NCBI GenBank assembly: GCA_963803435.1
Contig: CAWDML010000014.1
Coordinates: 160,001 to 224,000 of the forward strand
Direction of reading: 5' to 3'
Source of the DNA: an uncultured delta proteobacterium
GTDB lineage: Bacteria > Myxococcota > Kuafuiibacteriia > Kuafuiibacteriales > Kuafuiibacteriaceae
Length of the DNA stretch: 64,000 nt
A model generated the notes under the pieces. It made no database searches. It saw only the letters and a program-made list of their open reading frames with translations, and was not told the DNA's origin. Position 1 is the stretch's first letter, and every line of letters starts with the position of its first letter. A program made the translations under genes and the position numbers. Positions 22,127-33,008 of the stretch are shown one piece after another.

Positions 22127-23500
22127 CTACATCGCCTGGTCCTGGAAACGCGCGAAGTCGGACGAGAATGCGGCGAGCGCGCGCTCCTGGAGGTGCTGCA
22201 TCTCCTCCAGGACGTCGTCGTTGCCGAGCACCTGGGCCGACGCAATCCGCAGCCAGAACGTCACGAACCCGTTGTTGAGGAGCTCGGCGCGCGAGTTGAA
22301 GCGCAGCGGCTGGCTGTGATCCTGGGGCAGCGTGACCTCGAGCCGGGCCCCCTGGCCCCCATCGGTGCGCGCCAGCGTCCCGAGGAAGGATCCCACGATC
22401 GTCTTCACGTTCGAAGGGATCACGGCGTCGACGAGCGCGATGGGGATGATGCCGAGCGCTGCGCCGCTGATGTCGACCTTCGGCGTCTGATTGTAGATCG
22501 AGCGCAACACCATCCCGCGCTGGTCCTGGGTAACGGAGGTGCGGACCTCGACGTCCTCGACCGATAGGTGCAGACCGAAGAGCTCGGCGTCGATGTCGGC
22601 CTCGACGCGATAGCTCTCACTGATCCAGCGATCCGGATCGACGTCGAAGATGACGGCCACCTCGCCACGGCCGCTGTCGAGCTTGAGCATCGCCAGCGTC
22701 CGTCCGTCCTTCGCGGTGACCCGTGCGCGCGCTTTCGCCTTCACATCGTCGGTGAGCAGCTCCGCCAGCGCCGGGTAGTCCTTGGCGAACGCGCTCTGCC
22801 GGAGGCGGCCGATGATCCGGCCGCGCACGCCGCTCGGGGAGCGAGCCACGCCGTCCAGGGGCTCGAAGTACCGCTCCGCCATGGCGGCCATCGCCGGAAA
22901 GGCCGAGGCAATCTCGCGCCCCACGGCGCGGTCGGCGTCGTCGAGCCCGGCGCCGGCGCGGGCGCCCTGCGCGTTGGCAGTGTCCTTGAGCCACGTCATC
23001 GCGCCCCGGCCCACCCCGGTCATCTCGTCTGCGGTGACCTCGAGGTTCGCGGCGATATCGGTCTCGAGGAGGAACGTCTCGCCGATCGCCGGCTTCATCG
23101 CGATCGTCACGGCCAGATCTCCGAACCGGGTCGGACGATCGTTCCGCCTCGCGATCACCCGATAGTCACCCTTCGGCGACAGCTCGCCGAACACGGACAT
23201 CGCATGCCGCGAACGTTCCACCGGCGAGCTCTCCATCATCCGGTACATGGACGCCGGATCGAGGGTCTCGAGGTTCTTGCTGACGTTGTCGAACAGGAGC
23301 CGCGTCTTGGAATCCAGCTCGAGGTTGTGCGTGACGGCCTCAGCCAAGCGCTTGAGGCTCGCGACCTTGACGATGGCGGTGGAGAGCGGCCGGTCTCGAT
23401 CACCCAGCTGAAGCAGCGGCGACCACGCCCTGAGGTGCGCCGGCAGCGGACCTTGGACCAACCCGATCAACACACCAGCGACCAAGATCCGGGGGAACAC
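22127..23500 (-). CDS. Hypothetical secreted protein
   Basis: Long ORF with a hydrophobic N-terminus; start GTG at 23500 or 23506. Confidence 0.65.
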   Translation of the reverse strand: MFPRILVAGVLIGLVQGPLPAHLRAWSPLLQLGDRDRPLSTAIVKVASLKRLAEAVTHNLELDSKTRLLFDNVSKNLETLDPASMYRMMESSPVERSRHAMSVFGELSPKGDYRVIARRNDRPTRFGDLAVTIAMKPAIGETFLLETDIAANLEVTADEMTGVGRGAMTWLKDTANAQGARAGAGLDDADRAVGREIASAFPAMAAMAERYFEPLDGVARSPSGVRGRIIGRLRQSAFAKDYPALAELLTDDVKAKARARVTAKDGRTLAMLKLDSGRGEVAVIFDVDPDRWISESYRVEADIDAELFGLHLSVEDVEVRTSVTQDQRGMVLRSIYNQTPKVDISGAALGIIPIALVDAVIPSNVKTIVGSFLGTLARTDGGQGARLEVTLPQDHSQPLRFNSRAELLNNGFVTFWLRIASAQVLGNDDVLEEMQHLQERALAAFSSDFARFQDQAM

Positions 23501-23548
23501 GGCCACAGCGTACCCGATTCGTGAGAACCGGTCGCGATGCGGGGCGCC

Positions 23549-24481
23549 TCACGGTCCCTTCGCGACCACCGGACACGCCACGAGTCGATCAGGTCCCAGC
23601 GAGACGAGCTTGGGTACCTGCTCTCTACAGCCCGGCTCCGCCTTCGGGCAGCGATCCGCAAAGGCACAGCCGGGCGGGAGGACGCGCGCGCTGGGGACGT
23701 CGCCCTCGAGCGGGGCCCGACGCAGCAGCGCCTCAGTGTAGGGGTGACGGGCCGAGCTCCGCATCTCTTTCGCCGGCAAACTCTCCACGATCCGGCCCAG
23801 ATACATGACCATCACGCGGTCGCAGAAGTGCTCGACCACGGCCAGGTCGTGGCTGATGAAGAGGTAGGTGAGCCCGAGTCGGTCCTTGAGATCGGCGAGG
23901 AGATTGAGGATCTGAGCGCGGATGCTCACATCGAGCGCGGACACCGGCTCATCCAGAAGCAGAAACTCCGGCATCACCGAGAGCGCGCGCGCGATCCCGA
24001 TCCGCTGGCGCTGGCCCCCCGAGAACTCGTGCGGGTACTTCCGCCTCGTCTCCGGTCCCAGGCCGACCAGACCGAGCAGCTCGTCGATCCGGGCGCTCAC
24101 GCCCTCGGGCTCGACGATCCGGTGGAAGCGGATGGCCTCCCCCAGCATCGCCTCCACCGTCGCGCGCGGGTTGAGCGAGGCGTACGGATCCTGAAACACG
24201 ATCTGCATGCGGCGCCGGAGCGGGCGCAGCGCCGACTGCGAGAGTGTGGTGATGTCGGTGCCGTCGAAGCGGATGGCGCCCGCGGTCGGGTCGTACAGCC
24301 GCAGGACCGTCTTGCCCAGCGTGCTCTTGCCACAGCCCGATTCTCCGACCAGGCCCACCACCTCGCCCTTCGCCACCGAGAGATCCACACCGTTGACCGC
24401 GTGCACGACGCCCTTTCCGCCGCCGAGGATCCCGGCCGAGGAAAAGTGCTTCACCAGCCCGTTGACCTCGAGGAGCGTCAC
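23549..24481 (-). CDS. oppF: Oligopeptide/dipeptide ABC transporter ATPase (OppF/DppF)
   Basis: [47 protein letters not shown]. Confidence 0.93.
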   Translation of the reverse strand: MTLLEVNGLVKHFSSAGILGGGKGVVHAVNGVDLSVAKGEVVGLVGESGCGKSTLGKTVLRLYDPTAGAIRFDGTDITTLSQSALRPLRRRMQIVFQDPYASLNPRATVEAMLGEAIRFHRIVEPEGVSARIDELLGLVGLGPETRRKYPHEFSGGQRQRIGIARALSVMPEFLLLDEPVSALDVSIRAQILNLLADLKDRLGLTYLFISHDLAVVEHFCDRVMVMYLGRIVESLPAKEMRSSARHPYTEALLRRAPLEGDVPSARVLPPGCAFADRCPKAEPGCREQVPKLVSLGPDRLVACPVVAKGP

Positions 24482-25452
24482 GGGCGGTCCTCGCCGGGGA
24501 AAAAGCAGGCGACCTTGCGCTCGGGATCGGGCTGCACGTCGAGCGGGGGGCTCTCCTCTGCACAGCGGGCCTCGGCGCGGGCGCACCGGGGATGAAAGCG
24601 GCACCCGTCGGGGAGCGCCGCCAGCGAGGGGACCGAGCCCGGGATCGCCTCCAGCCGGGCGGCCCGCTCGACGCCCGGGAGCGACCGCAGGAGGCCGCGC
24701 GCGTACGGATGGAGCGGCCCGGCGAACAGGCGCGCCACCGGCGACTCCTCGACCACACGTCCGGCGTACATGACCAGGACGCGATCGCAGCTCTCCCGCA
24801 CCACCGAGAGATCGTGCGTGATCATCACGACGGCCATCCCGTCCTCGGCCTGGAGCTTGCGGATGAGCGCCAGGATCTGGGCCTGCACGGTGACGTCGAG
24901 CGCGGTGGTCGGCTCGTCCGCGATCAATACGCGCGGCCCCATCGCCAGCGCCATCGCGATCATCGCGCGCTGGCGCATACCGCCCGAGAGCTGGTGAGGA
25001 TACTCGTCGAGGCGTCGCTCGGGATCCGGGATCGCGACCTTTCGCAGCATCTCGAGCGCGATCGCGCGCGCCTCCTTCTTCGTGATCTTCCGGTGCGCGA
25101 GCACGCCCTCGGCGACCTGATAGCCGATGGTCAGCACCGGGTTGAGCGCGGTCATCGGCTCCTGGAAGATCATCGCGATCTGCGCCCCGCGCATGCTCCG
25201 CCGCACGGCCTCGGACGCACCGACCAGCTCGGTCCCGCCGTAGCGGATGCTGCCTTCGCACGCGCCGTTGCGCGGCAGCAGGCCCATGACGGCGCGGGCG
25301 GTGACCGTCTTGCCGCAGCCCGACTCGCCGACGATCCCGAGCGTCTCGCCCGCCGCGATCGACCACGAGATCCGGTCGACCGCGGTCAGCGGCTCGCCAC
25401 CGCGAACGGCGAAGCGCACCGAGAGACCCTGGAGCTCGAGGAGAGCCGACAT
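24478..25452 (-). CDS. oppD: Oligopeptide/dipeptide ABC transporter ATPase (OppD/DppD)
   Basis: [42 protein letters not shown]. Confidence 0.93.
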   Translation of the reverse strand: MSALLELQGLSVRFAVRGGEPLTAVDRISWSIAAGETLGIVGESGCGKTVTARAVMGLLPRNGACEGSIRYGGTELVGASEAVRRSMRGAQIAMIFQEPMTALNPVLTIGYQVAEGVLAHRKITKKEARAIALEMLRKVAIPDPERRLDEYPHQLSGGMRQRAMIAMALAMGPRVLIADEPTTALDVTVQAQILALIRKLQAEDGMAVVMITHDLSVVRESCDRVLVMYAGRVVEESPVARLFAGPLHPYARGLLRSLPGVERAARLEAIPGSVPSLAALPDGCRFHPRCARAEARCAEESPPLDVQPDPERKVACFFPGEDRP

Positions 25453-25459
25453 CAGGAGC

Positions 25460-26287
25460 TCACAGATTCTTCGGATCGAGCGCGTCCTGGAGCGCGTCGG
25501 CGAAGGTGTTGAAGGCCAGCACGAGGACGAACATGGCACAGGTGGCGGCGCCGATCTGCCAGAAGAAGCCGTTGATCAGCTCGGCGCGCGCCTGGTTGAT
25601 CATCACGCCCCAGCTCGGCTCGCCCTGCACGCCCAGGCCCAGGTACGACAAGATCACCTCCGACTTGATCGCGCCGACGAAGAGCAGCGCGAAGTTCACC
25701 AGGACCAGGTGGAAGGTGTTGGGCACGACGTGCGAGAAGAGGATCCGGACGGGGCTGTAGCCGAGCGCGCGGGCGGCCTGCACGTACTCCGACTCGCGCA
25801 GCTTGAGCACCTCGCCGCGGACCACGCGGCAGGGACCCACCCAGAACGTGGCGCAGAAGGCGACGTAGACCCCGAACAGGCCGCGGCCGGCGACGTACGT
25901 CAGGCCCATCAGGAGCAGGATCGATGGGATCGACTGCACCGTGGAGTAGAACCAGACCACCAGGTCGTCGAGCCACCCCGAGAACCAGCCCGCCACCGCG
26001 CCGAGCAGCGTCCCTACCGCCACCGAGAAGCCGGCGCTGACCAGGCCGACCATGATCGCGATCTTCGCGCTGTAGAGCGTCCGCGCCAGGATGTCGCGTC
26101 CCTGACGGTCGGTCCCCAGCCAGTGGCCGGGTCCCGGTCCCAGGAACTTGGCGCCCACGCGCGCGTCGTAGTGCGCGCCGATCGCTCCGGAGGCCACCAG
26201 GAGCGCGACCACCGCGTACGCGACGATGACGACGAGGCAGACCATCGCCAGCCGATCGCGGAGCAGTCGGGCCAGGCTCCGGTTCAC
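25460..26287 (-). CDS. oppC: Peptide ABC transporter permease (OppC)
   Basis: HWLGTDRQGRD, EYVQAARALG, LSYLGLG, PSWG. Confidence 0.92.
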   Translation of the reverse strand: MNRSLARLLRDRLAMVCLVVIVAYAVVALLVASGAIGAHYDARVGAKFLGPGPGHWLGTDRQGRDILARTLYSAKIAIMVGLVSAGFSVAVGTLLGAVAGWFSGWLDDLVVWFYSTVQSIPSILLLMGLTYVAGRGLFGVYVAFCATFWVGPCRVVRGEVLKLRESEYVQAARALGYSPVRILFSHVVPNTFHLVLVNFALLFVGAIKSEVILSYLGLGVQGEPSWGVMINQARAELINGFFWQIGAATCAMFVLVLAFNTFADALQDALDPKNL

Positions 26288-27217
26288 GAGAACCTCACGC
26301 GCGGATCGAACATCGCGTAGAAGACGTCGGTCAGCAGGTTGGACAGCAGGAACATGATCGAGATCATGACGGTGTACGCCTTGATCACCGGGAGGTCGGC
26401 CTGATCGATCGCCTCCAGCAGCGCGCCGCCGAGCCCGGGAATCCCGAAGAACGACTCGAGCAGCAACGAACCGGTGACCAGGAACGGAACCGACAGCATC
26501 ACCTGGGTCACGATCGGGATCATCGAGCTCTTGAGCACGTGCACGAAGAGGACGCGCCGGTGCGTGACGCCCTTGGAGAGCGCTGTCGCCACGTAGTCAC
26601 GGCTCGTCTCCTCGACCATGACCGAGCGATAGAAGCGGGCGTCGTAGCCCATGCTGACGACGACCATGATGATGATCGGCAGCGACAGCCACTGCCACCG
26701 TTCGAGCCATCCCTCCTGGTAGCCGTGAATGTTGAAGAGCGGCCACTCGAACGCGAGCAGGTACTGGCCGACCACGATGTAGACCAGGAAGCTCACGCTC
26801 ATGCCGATCACGGCGAGCGTCATCAGCGCCCGATCGACGGCGCGCCCTCGGAAGTAAGCCGCCGCCAGCGAGAGAGACCGAGAGGAGCGTGGTCGCCACC
26901 AGGGCCGGCACGGTCAGGCTCAGCGAGGCCGGGGCGCGCCGGATGAGCAGCTGCCAGACCGGCTCCTTGGTGACGAAGGAGCGACCGAAGTCGAGCGTCA
27001 CGATCTGGACCAGGTAGTCGAGGTAGCGGACCAAGAGCGGGCGATCGAAGCCGTAGGCGTGCTCGAGCTGAGCGATCTGGTCTGCGCTGGCGTGCTTGCC
27101 GAGGAACTGGATCGCCGGGTTGCCGCCGAAGACGTCGAAGAGCACGAACGTGATCAACGTGACGCCGAGGAGGATCGGGATGCCCTGGAGGAGCCTCTTC
27201 AGCAGATAGGCGCGCAT
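26284..27217 (-). CDS. oppB: Peptide ABC transporter permease (OppB), frameshifted near 26850
   Basis: N-part YLLKRLLQ...LDFGRS; C-part DYVATALSKG, ESFFGIPGLG, DPRV in another frame. Confidence 0.88.
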
Positions 27218-27220
27218 TCG

Positions 27221-28960
27221 CTATCTCGGGTCGACGTCCACGTAGCGGATCCAGCCGTACCAGACCTCGTCCGGGAGGATGTGCTTCACGCGCCGGTTCC
27301 ACAGGTAAAAGCGCTTGCGGGCGAACGTGCCGATCACCGGAGCATCCTCGATCACCAGGTCCCGCATGTGCTCGTAGATCGCGGTGCGCTCCGGCGACGG
27401 CGACATCAACCGCGACCTCTCGTACAGCCGGTCGTACTCCGGGTTCGAGTAGTTGAAGGCGTTGGAGCCCGGCGAGGCGTTGGGCCCGTAGAACAGAGCC
27501 AGGAAGTTCTCGGCGTCCGGATAGTCCGCGGTCCAGGAGAGGCCGAACATCTGGCACTGCTTCTTCTTGATCTTGGCGTCGAGCTCCGGAAACGAGTGGT
27601 AGTTGCCGACCAGCCGCACGCCGATCTTTGCGAGCTGGCGCGCGAGCATCTCGACCTGCTCGGTCGACGCGGTGGTCCGGTTCGTGTGGTACTCGATCGG
27701 CGGGAGCCCCTTCCCGCCGGGGTAGCCGGCCTCGGCCAGCAGCGCCCGCGCCCGCGGCAGATCGGGCCCGCGATACCGCGAGATCCTCGCCGAGGCGTGG
27801 CCGTCCAGGCCCGGAGGGATGGGTCCGTCGTACTGGACGATCGCGCTGTTGTAGAGGGCCTCACCGATCTCGTCGGTGTCGAGCGCCAGCGAGATCGCCT
27901 GGCGAACCTGCTTGCCGCGCCCGCCGCCTCCGGTGATCGGGTGCTCCATGTCGAAGCCCTTGTAGACCATGTCGATGATCTCGTACGTGAAGGCGCCGAC
28001 GCCCTCCTTCACGAACGGGGCGCGCAAGTGCCACTCCTCGTCGAAGACGCTCGGCTGGTACTCGGCGGGGGTCTGGATGAAGTCGATGTCGCCGACGCGC
28101 CACTTGAGCCACATCGGCTGCTCCTGCTCGTACATCTGCATCACCACCGCGTCGAGGAACGGCACGCGCCGGCCCGCGGGCGCGGTGAGCTCTGGCGGGG
28201 TCCCCGGAGAAGCCTCCGAAGGATAGCGCTCCTCCCAGTACTTCTCGTTCCGCTCGAGGACGATCTTCTGCCCTGGGATCCAGCTCTTCAGGTGGAAGGG
28301 ACCGGTGCCCACCGGGTGCTGCCCGAGATCACCGCCGTAGTAGGCGGCGCAGTCGCGCGGGACCACAGCGGTGTACTCCATCGCGAGGACGTAGAGGAGC
28401 TGGGGATAGGGGCCGGTCAGCCGGATCCGCAGCGTGTAACGATCGACGACCTCGAGACCCTCGATCGGCGCATCGTAGTCGAACGGCTTGTTCGCCTTGA
28501 AAGCGTCGAAGCCGGCGATGCGATCGTTGTAGACCCACCAGCCGCTGGGCGTGAGCGTGTCGTCGGCCATGCGCTTCATCGACTGCACGACGTCGTCGGC
28601 AATCAGCTCGCGTCCGACGCCGCCCGCAAAGCAGGGGTCGTCGTGAAAGCGCACGCCCTTCCTCAGATGGAGCGTGTAGGTCAGACGATCCTCGCTGACC
28701 TCGGGCATCGACTCGAGCAGCAGCGGCTTCAGCTTCAGCGGGCGCACCAGGTACTGGTACTCGAGGAGCGGCTGAAAGATCGCGCTCAAGACGAGCGCGT
28801 CGGACTGCGTGGCGGCCCGGACCGGCTCGAAGGAGGCGATCGATGCGCGCAGCCCCATGTGGAAGACGCGCTTGCCCTCCTCCCACGGATCGCGGCGCTT
28901 GCACGCGACGAAGGAAGCGAGCGCGACCGCGACGAGCGCTGTGCGAAGGCCGTGACTCAC
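27221..28960 (-). CDS. oppA: Peptide ABC transporter substrate-binding lipoprotein (family 5)
   Basis: Lipobox FVAC, LRKGVRFHD, PVGTGPF, VRQAI, WTADYPD. Confidence 0.92.
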   Translation of the reverse strand: MSHGLRTALVAVALASFVACKRRDPWEEGKRVFHMGLRASIASFEPVRAATQSDALVLSAIFQPLLEYQYLVRPLKLKPLLLESMPEVSEDRLTYTLHLRKGVRFHDDPCFAGGVGRELIADDVVQSMKRMADDTLTPSGWWVYNDRIAGFDAFKANKPFDYDAPIEGLEVVDRYTLRIRLTGPYPQLLYVLAMEYTAVVPRDCAAYYGGDLGQHPVGTGPFHLKSWIPGQKIVLERNEKYWEERYPSEASPGTPPELTAPAGRRVPFLDAVVMQMYEQEQPMWLKWRVGDIDFIQTPAEYQPSVFDEEWHLRAPFVKEGVGAFTYEIIDMVYKGFDMEHPITGGGGRGKQVRQAISLALDTDEIGEALYNSAIVQYDGPIPPGLDGHASARISRYRGPDLPRARALLAEAGYPGGKGLPPIEYHTNRTTASTEQVEMLARQLAKIGVRLVGNYHSFPELDAKIKKKQCQMFGLSWTADYPDAENFLALFYGPNASPGSNAFNYSNPEYDRLYERSRLMSPSPERTAIYEHMRDLVIEDAPVIGTFARKRFYLWNRRVKHILPDEVWYGWIRYVDVDPR

Positions 28961-28999
28961 CGCCGATAAACGCGTTAGGTTGCGCCCGGAGCCGTGTCA

Positions 29000-29881
29000 A
29001 TGGACGCACCGAAGCCCGAAGCTCGCCCCGCAGAGCTCGCCGGACGCTGGTATCCGGCCACCGCGACCGAGTGCGACCGCATGCTCGCCGGCGTGGCCCG
29101 GACCACCTCCCCGCTGCCTGACACCCGCATCGCCGCCGTCGTCCCGCACGCCGGCTGGCGCTACTCCGGCGCGATCGCCTACGGTGCGCTCCTGGATCTC
29201 TTCGACGGCACGGCCGACGCCGAGCTCGTCGTCGTCTTCGGCGGCCACCTGGGCCCGCGCGACGTCCCACGCATCCTGATCGAGGGCGGTTGGGACACCC
29301 CGTACGGCCCGATGCCGATCGCCCGCGGCCTCTCCGAGGACCTCAGCATGGCCGTCAACGCCGATCCGGAGACGCCGCTCGAATACTACGACGACAACGG
29401 GATCGAGGTACTGATGCCGATGGTCAAGAAGCTCTGGCCGGACGCCGAGGTCCTCACCGTCGGCGTCCCGCCCACGCCCGACGCGCAGACGATCGGCGCC
29501 GACGCGATCCACCTGGCCAAGGCCCGCGGCTTCTCGCGCATCGCCGTCGTCGGCTCGACGGACCTGACCCACTACGGGCCGAACTACGCCTATTCACCCA
29601 AGGGCAAGGGCCAGCGGGGCCTCGACTGGGTGAAGAACGAGAACGATCCGCAGGTGATCCAGAAGATCGTCGAGCTCGACGCCGCCAAGGTCCTCTGGGT
29701 GGCGCAGCGACAGCGCAACGCCTGTTGTCCCGGCGCCGCCGCCGCCGCCATCGTCGCGGCGCGGAAGCTGGGCGCGACCGTCGGAGTCCAGACGCGCTAC
29801 GCCACCAGCTACGACGAAGGGCCCCAGGACGCGGAGCCCACCAGCTTCGTCGGCTACGCCGGCGTGGTCCTCGGGCGATGA
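29000..29881 (+). CDS. MEMO1 family protein (AmmeMemoRadiSam protein B)
   Basis: RPAELAGRWYP, PHAGWRYSG, WDTPYG, STDLTHYG, SFVGYA. Confidence 0.88.
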   Translation: MDAPKPEARPAELAGRWYPATATECDRMLAGVARTTSPLPDTRIAAVVPHAGWRYSGAIAYGALLDLFDGTADAELVVVFGGHLGPRDVPRILIEGGWDTPYGPMPIARGLSEDLSMAVNADPETPLEYYDDNGIEVLMPMVKKLWPDAEVLTVGVPPTPDAQTIGADAIHLAKARGFSRIAVVGSTDLTHYGPNYAYSPKGKGQRGLDWVKNENDPQVIQKIVELDAAKVLWVAQRQRNACCPGAAAAAIVAARKLGATVGVQTRYATSYDEGPQDAEPTSFVGYAGVVLGR

Positions 29882-29918
29882 TTCGGCTCGCCGGGTCGAT
29901 CCGTGTCATTCTCCGCCG

Positions 29919-31106
29919 GTGTCCGACCACAACGGCAAGCAGCGTGAGCAGATCACCGCCGCAAAGCTCGAGACCACTCCCCTAGCCCGCGACGAACGGC
30001 TCGAGCTCGAGATCGAGCGGGCGCTGGTCGACGACCGGGATGCGAACGATGCGTTCGTCGTGTACGCCGACTGGCTCCAGCAGCGACAGGATCCGCGCGG
30101 CGAGCTGATCGCCTGCCAGCTCCCGAGCGCCCAGACCAAGGCGAAGCGCCGGGCGGGCGTGCTCCTCAACGAGCACCGGCGATACTTCCTCGGCATCTTC
30201 GGTAGCTGGGACGACGAGCCTCCGCTCCAGGTCGAATGGCGGTGTGGCTTCCTCCGGAGCGCCCACTTGTACGTCGGCCGCCGGCTCGAGGACGACGGCT
30301 GGGATCAAGCGGTCCTCACCGAGGCGCTCCTGGCGCTCCCCTCGTCACGATTCCTCGAGGAGCTGGAGGTAGGCTGCGGCTCGATCCACGAGGAGATGAT
30401 CGACGAGCGCGTGCAAGCGGCCCTCCGGGAGCACGGACCGCTCACGAACCTGCGACGGCTCAGGTTCGTGACCGACCAGGAGGAAGAGATGCTCTCGTGG
30501 ACCGACGCGGGCGATCTCGGCCACCTCTCGAAGACCACGCCGAACCTGACCTCGCTCGGCGTCGAGGCCGGCAGCGTCCGCCTGGGGGAGCCCGATCTTC
30601 CTCGGTTGAAGGAGCTGGTGATCGAGACCTGCGGTCTCACCGACGAGAACGTGGAATCGATCGCCTCCGCACGCTGGCCCGAGCTGACGAAGTTGGTCCT
30701 GTGGTTCGGGTCCCAGAGCTACGGCGTCGACATCGATCTGGACGGCGTGCTCCTGATGCTCGATCGCTCACGCTTCCCCAAGCTGACCCACCTCGGGCTC
30801 TGCAACAACGAGATGACGGACGATCTCCTCGAGGCCCTCGCCGCGAATCCGCTCCTCGGACAGCTCGAGTCGCTGGATCTCTCGAAAGGCACCATGGCTG
30901 ACGCGGGCGCACGACGGATGATCGAGCTCGCGCCGCGGCTGGCGCACCTGAAGAAGATCGACGTTTCGGCGAACTACATCGGAAAAGAAGGGGCTGCGCT
31001 CAAGAAAGCGCTCAAGCAGGTCGATCTGGGCAAGTTCCCGAACGAGCAGCGCGAAGCCGAGGAGTTCGACGACGAGATCCACCGCTACGCGGATGTCGGG
31101 GAGTGA
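29919..31106 (+). CDS. TIGR02996-like N-domain plus leucine-rich repeat protein
   Basis: VYADWLQQRQDPRGELI, WRCGFL, LRR units (FPKLTHLGL, LESLDLS), C-terminal RYADVGE. Confidence 0.82.
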   Translation: MSDHNGKQREQITAAKLETTPLARDERLELEIERALVDDRDANDAFVVYADWLQQRQDPRGELIACQLPSAQTKAKRRAGVLLNEHRRYFLGIFGSWDDEPPLQVEWRCGFLRSAHLYVGRRLEDDGWDQAVLTEALLALPSSRFLEELEVGCGSIHEEMIDERVQAALREHGPLTNLRRLRFVTDQEEEMLSWTDAGDLGHLSKTTPNLTSLGVEAGSVRLGEPDLPRLKELVIETCGLTDENVESIASARWPELTKLVLWFGSQSYGVDIDLDGVLLMLDRSRFPKLTHLGLCNNEMTDDLLEALAANPLLGQLESLDLSKGTMADAGARRMIELAPRLAHLKKIDVSANYIGKEGAALKKALKQVDLGKFPNEQREAEEFDDEIHRYADVGE

Positions 31107-32986
31107 CCGGGCAGCGCCGCCTCGCGCATGCGGCCGATGGAACGCACGACGGTCGGGGTCGTCGCGCGCTTCTCGAGCGCGCCCGCCGCCGCCCGATCGA
31201 TGAAGGCCCCCGCCTCCTCGCCCGGCATCGGGCGCGCGAACAGGTAACCCTGGACGAAGCGACACCCGCGCTCCCGGAGGAACGCCAGCTGCCCCTCGGT
31301 CTCCACACCCTCCGCGACCACCCGGATCCCGAGGCTCTGCGCCAAGCTGATGATGGCGGTGACGACGGTCGCGCTCGCACGGACGTCGGGGACGCCCGCG
31401 ATGAAGCTTCGGTCGATCTTGATGCAGTCGAAGGGAAAGCGGACCAGATAGCTGAGCGAAGAGAAGCCGGTGCCGAAGTCGTCGAGCGACAGCGACACGC
31501 CGAGCTCCTTCAGTCGTTTGAAGTGCCGGTGGAACTCGGGCCGATCCTGGAGCAGCACCCGCTCCGTCACCTCGAGCTCGATCAGGTGCGGCGGAAGGCC
31601 GTGCTCGGCGAGCGTGTCCACCAGATGGTCCACGTAGGACTCGTTCGCGAGCTCGATCGGGGACACGTTGACGGCCATCCGCAGCTGGTCGTGCCCGGCG
31701 TCGAGCCAGGCCCGCGACTGGCGGCAGACGGCGTCCATCGTGCTCCTGCCGATCGACGTGATGAAGCCGGTCTCCTCGGCGATCGGGATGAACTTGTCGG
31801 GACCGATCGATCCACGTTCGGGATGGATCCACCGTAACAGCGCCTCCGACCCGATCACGCGGTGATCCACGATGTCCACCTGGGGCTGGAAGTACGGGAT
31901 GAGCTCGTTGCTCCCGTGGGCGGCGCGCAGCTCGGTCTCGAGCCAGAGCCGCTCGATGGACTGGTCGTTCATCCGCGCCGAATAGAACTGGTGCGTGCCC
32001 TTGCCTCGGCTCTTGACGTCGTAGAGCGCGGCGTCGGCGTTCTTGAGCAGCGAGACCACGTCCTTTCCGTCGGTCGGATAGAGGGCGATGCCGATGCTGG
32101 CGCCGAGGTAGACGGTCTTGCCCGAGACGGAGATCGCATCGGAGCACCGCTCGATGATTCGGCGCGCCACCAGGGCCGCATCCTCGGGATGCCGGAGGTG
32201 CGGCAGCACCAGCGTGAACTCGTCGCCGCCAACGCGGGCGAGGGTCCCCTCCTCCGCCTCGTCGTCGCCCGATCGCCGGACCACGCAGTCGGTCGGACGG
32301 ACCGCCATCACCAGGCGCTGCGCGATGATCGCGAGGACCTCGTCGCCCACCGGATGGCCCATCGTGTCGTTGATCTTCTTGAACCCGTCGAGATCGATGG
32401 AGAGGATCGCAAACGGGTCCTTTGCCGGCTGCGCGGACTGCAAGAGCCGCGCGATGTAGCGATTGAGAAAGCGGCGGTTCGGGAGCTCCGTGAGCGGATC
32501 GTGGTTGGCGAGGTGAGAGATCTCGTCCTTGGCCCGCTTGAGCGCCTGCGTCTCCCGCTCCAGCGCGTCGTTGCTCTTCTCCATCCTGGTGTGTGAGAGG
32601 GCCGCCTCGGACGCGTCGACGATCGTGATGCAGACGGCGTCGATCGTACCTTCGTCATCCCGCATCGGGATGAACATGCAGTCCTGGTACATCCTCTCCA
32701 GCTCGGTGGTGACGATGCGCATCGACTTGAGGGGAAAGAGGAACGGACGCTCGGTCCAGTTGGAGAATCCGAAGTTGCCGAGCCGGAGGATGTTCTGGAG
32801 CTTTTTCCTCATCCAGACCTGAGGGATCTCGGGGAAGACGTCGAAGAGGCTCCGGCCGACCGCCTCGCCGGCGCGGATCCCGCTGTGGACCTCCATGAAC
32901 TCGTTCCAGACCCGGATCTCCTCGAGGCGGTCGACGACGACCACTCCGACCGAGACGGCGTCGAGGATGGTGGCTGCCAAATCCAT
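31085..32986 (-). CDS. PAS-GGDEF-EAL diguanylate cyclase/phosphodiesterase
   Basis: PAS (WNEFME), HDPLTELPNR, GGDEF, EAL, ELEVTE, DDFGTG, VQGY. Confidence 0.95.
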   Translation of the reverse strand: MDLAATILDAVSVGVVVVDRLEEIRVWNEFMEVHSGIRAGEAVGRSLFDVFPEIPQVWMRKKLQNILRLGNFGFSNWTERPFLFPLKSMRIVTTELERMYQDCMFIPMRDDEGTIDAVCITIVDASEAALSHTRMEKSNDALERETQALKRAKDEISHLANHDPLTELPNRRFLNRYIARLLQSAQPAKDPFAILSIDLDGFKKINDTMGHPVGDEVLAIIAQRLVMAVRPTDCVVRRSGDDEAEEGTLARVGGDEFTLVLPHLRHPEDAALVARRIIERCSDAISVSGKTVYLGASIGIALYPTDGKDVVSLLKNADAALYDVKSRGKGTHQFYSARMNDQSIERLWLETELRAAHGSNELIPYFQPQVDIVDHRVIGSEALLRWIHPERGSIGPDKFIPIAEETGFITSIGRSTMDAVCRQSRAWLDAGHDQLRMAVNVSPIELANESYVDHLVDTLAEHGLPPHLIELEVTERVLLQDRPEFHRHFKRLKELGVSLSLDDFGTGFSSLSYLVRFPFDCIKIDRSFIAGVPDVRASATVVTAIISLAQSLGIRVVAEGVETEGQLAFLRERGCRFVQGYLFARPMPGEEAGAFIDRAAAGALEKRATTPTVVRSIGRMREAALPGHSPTSA

Positions 32987-33008
32987 GGTAGGTCCTCTCT
33001 CGAACCCC

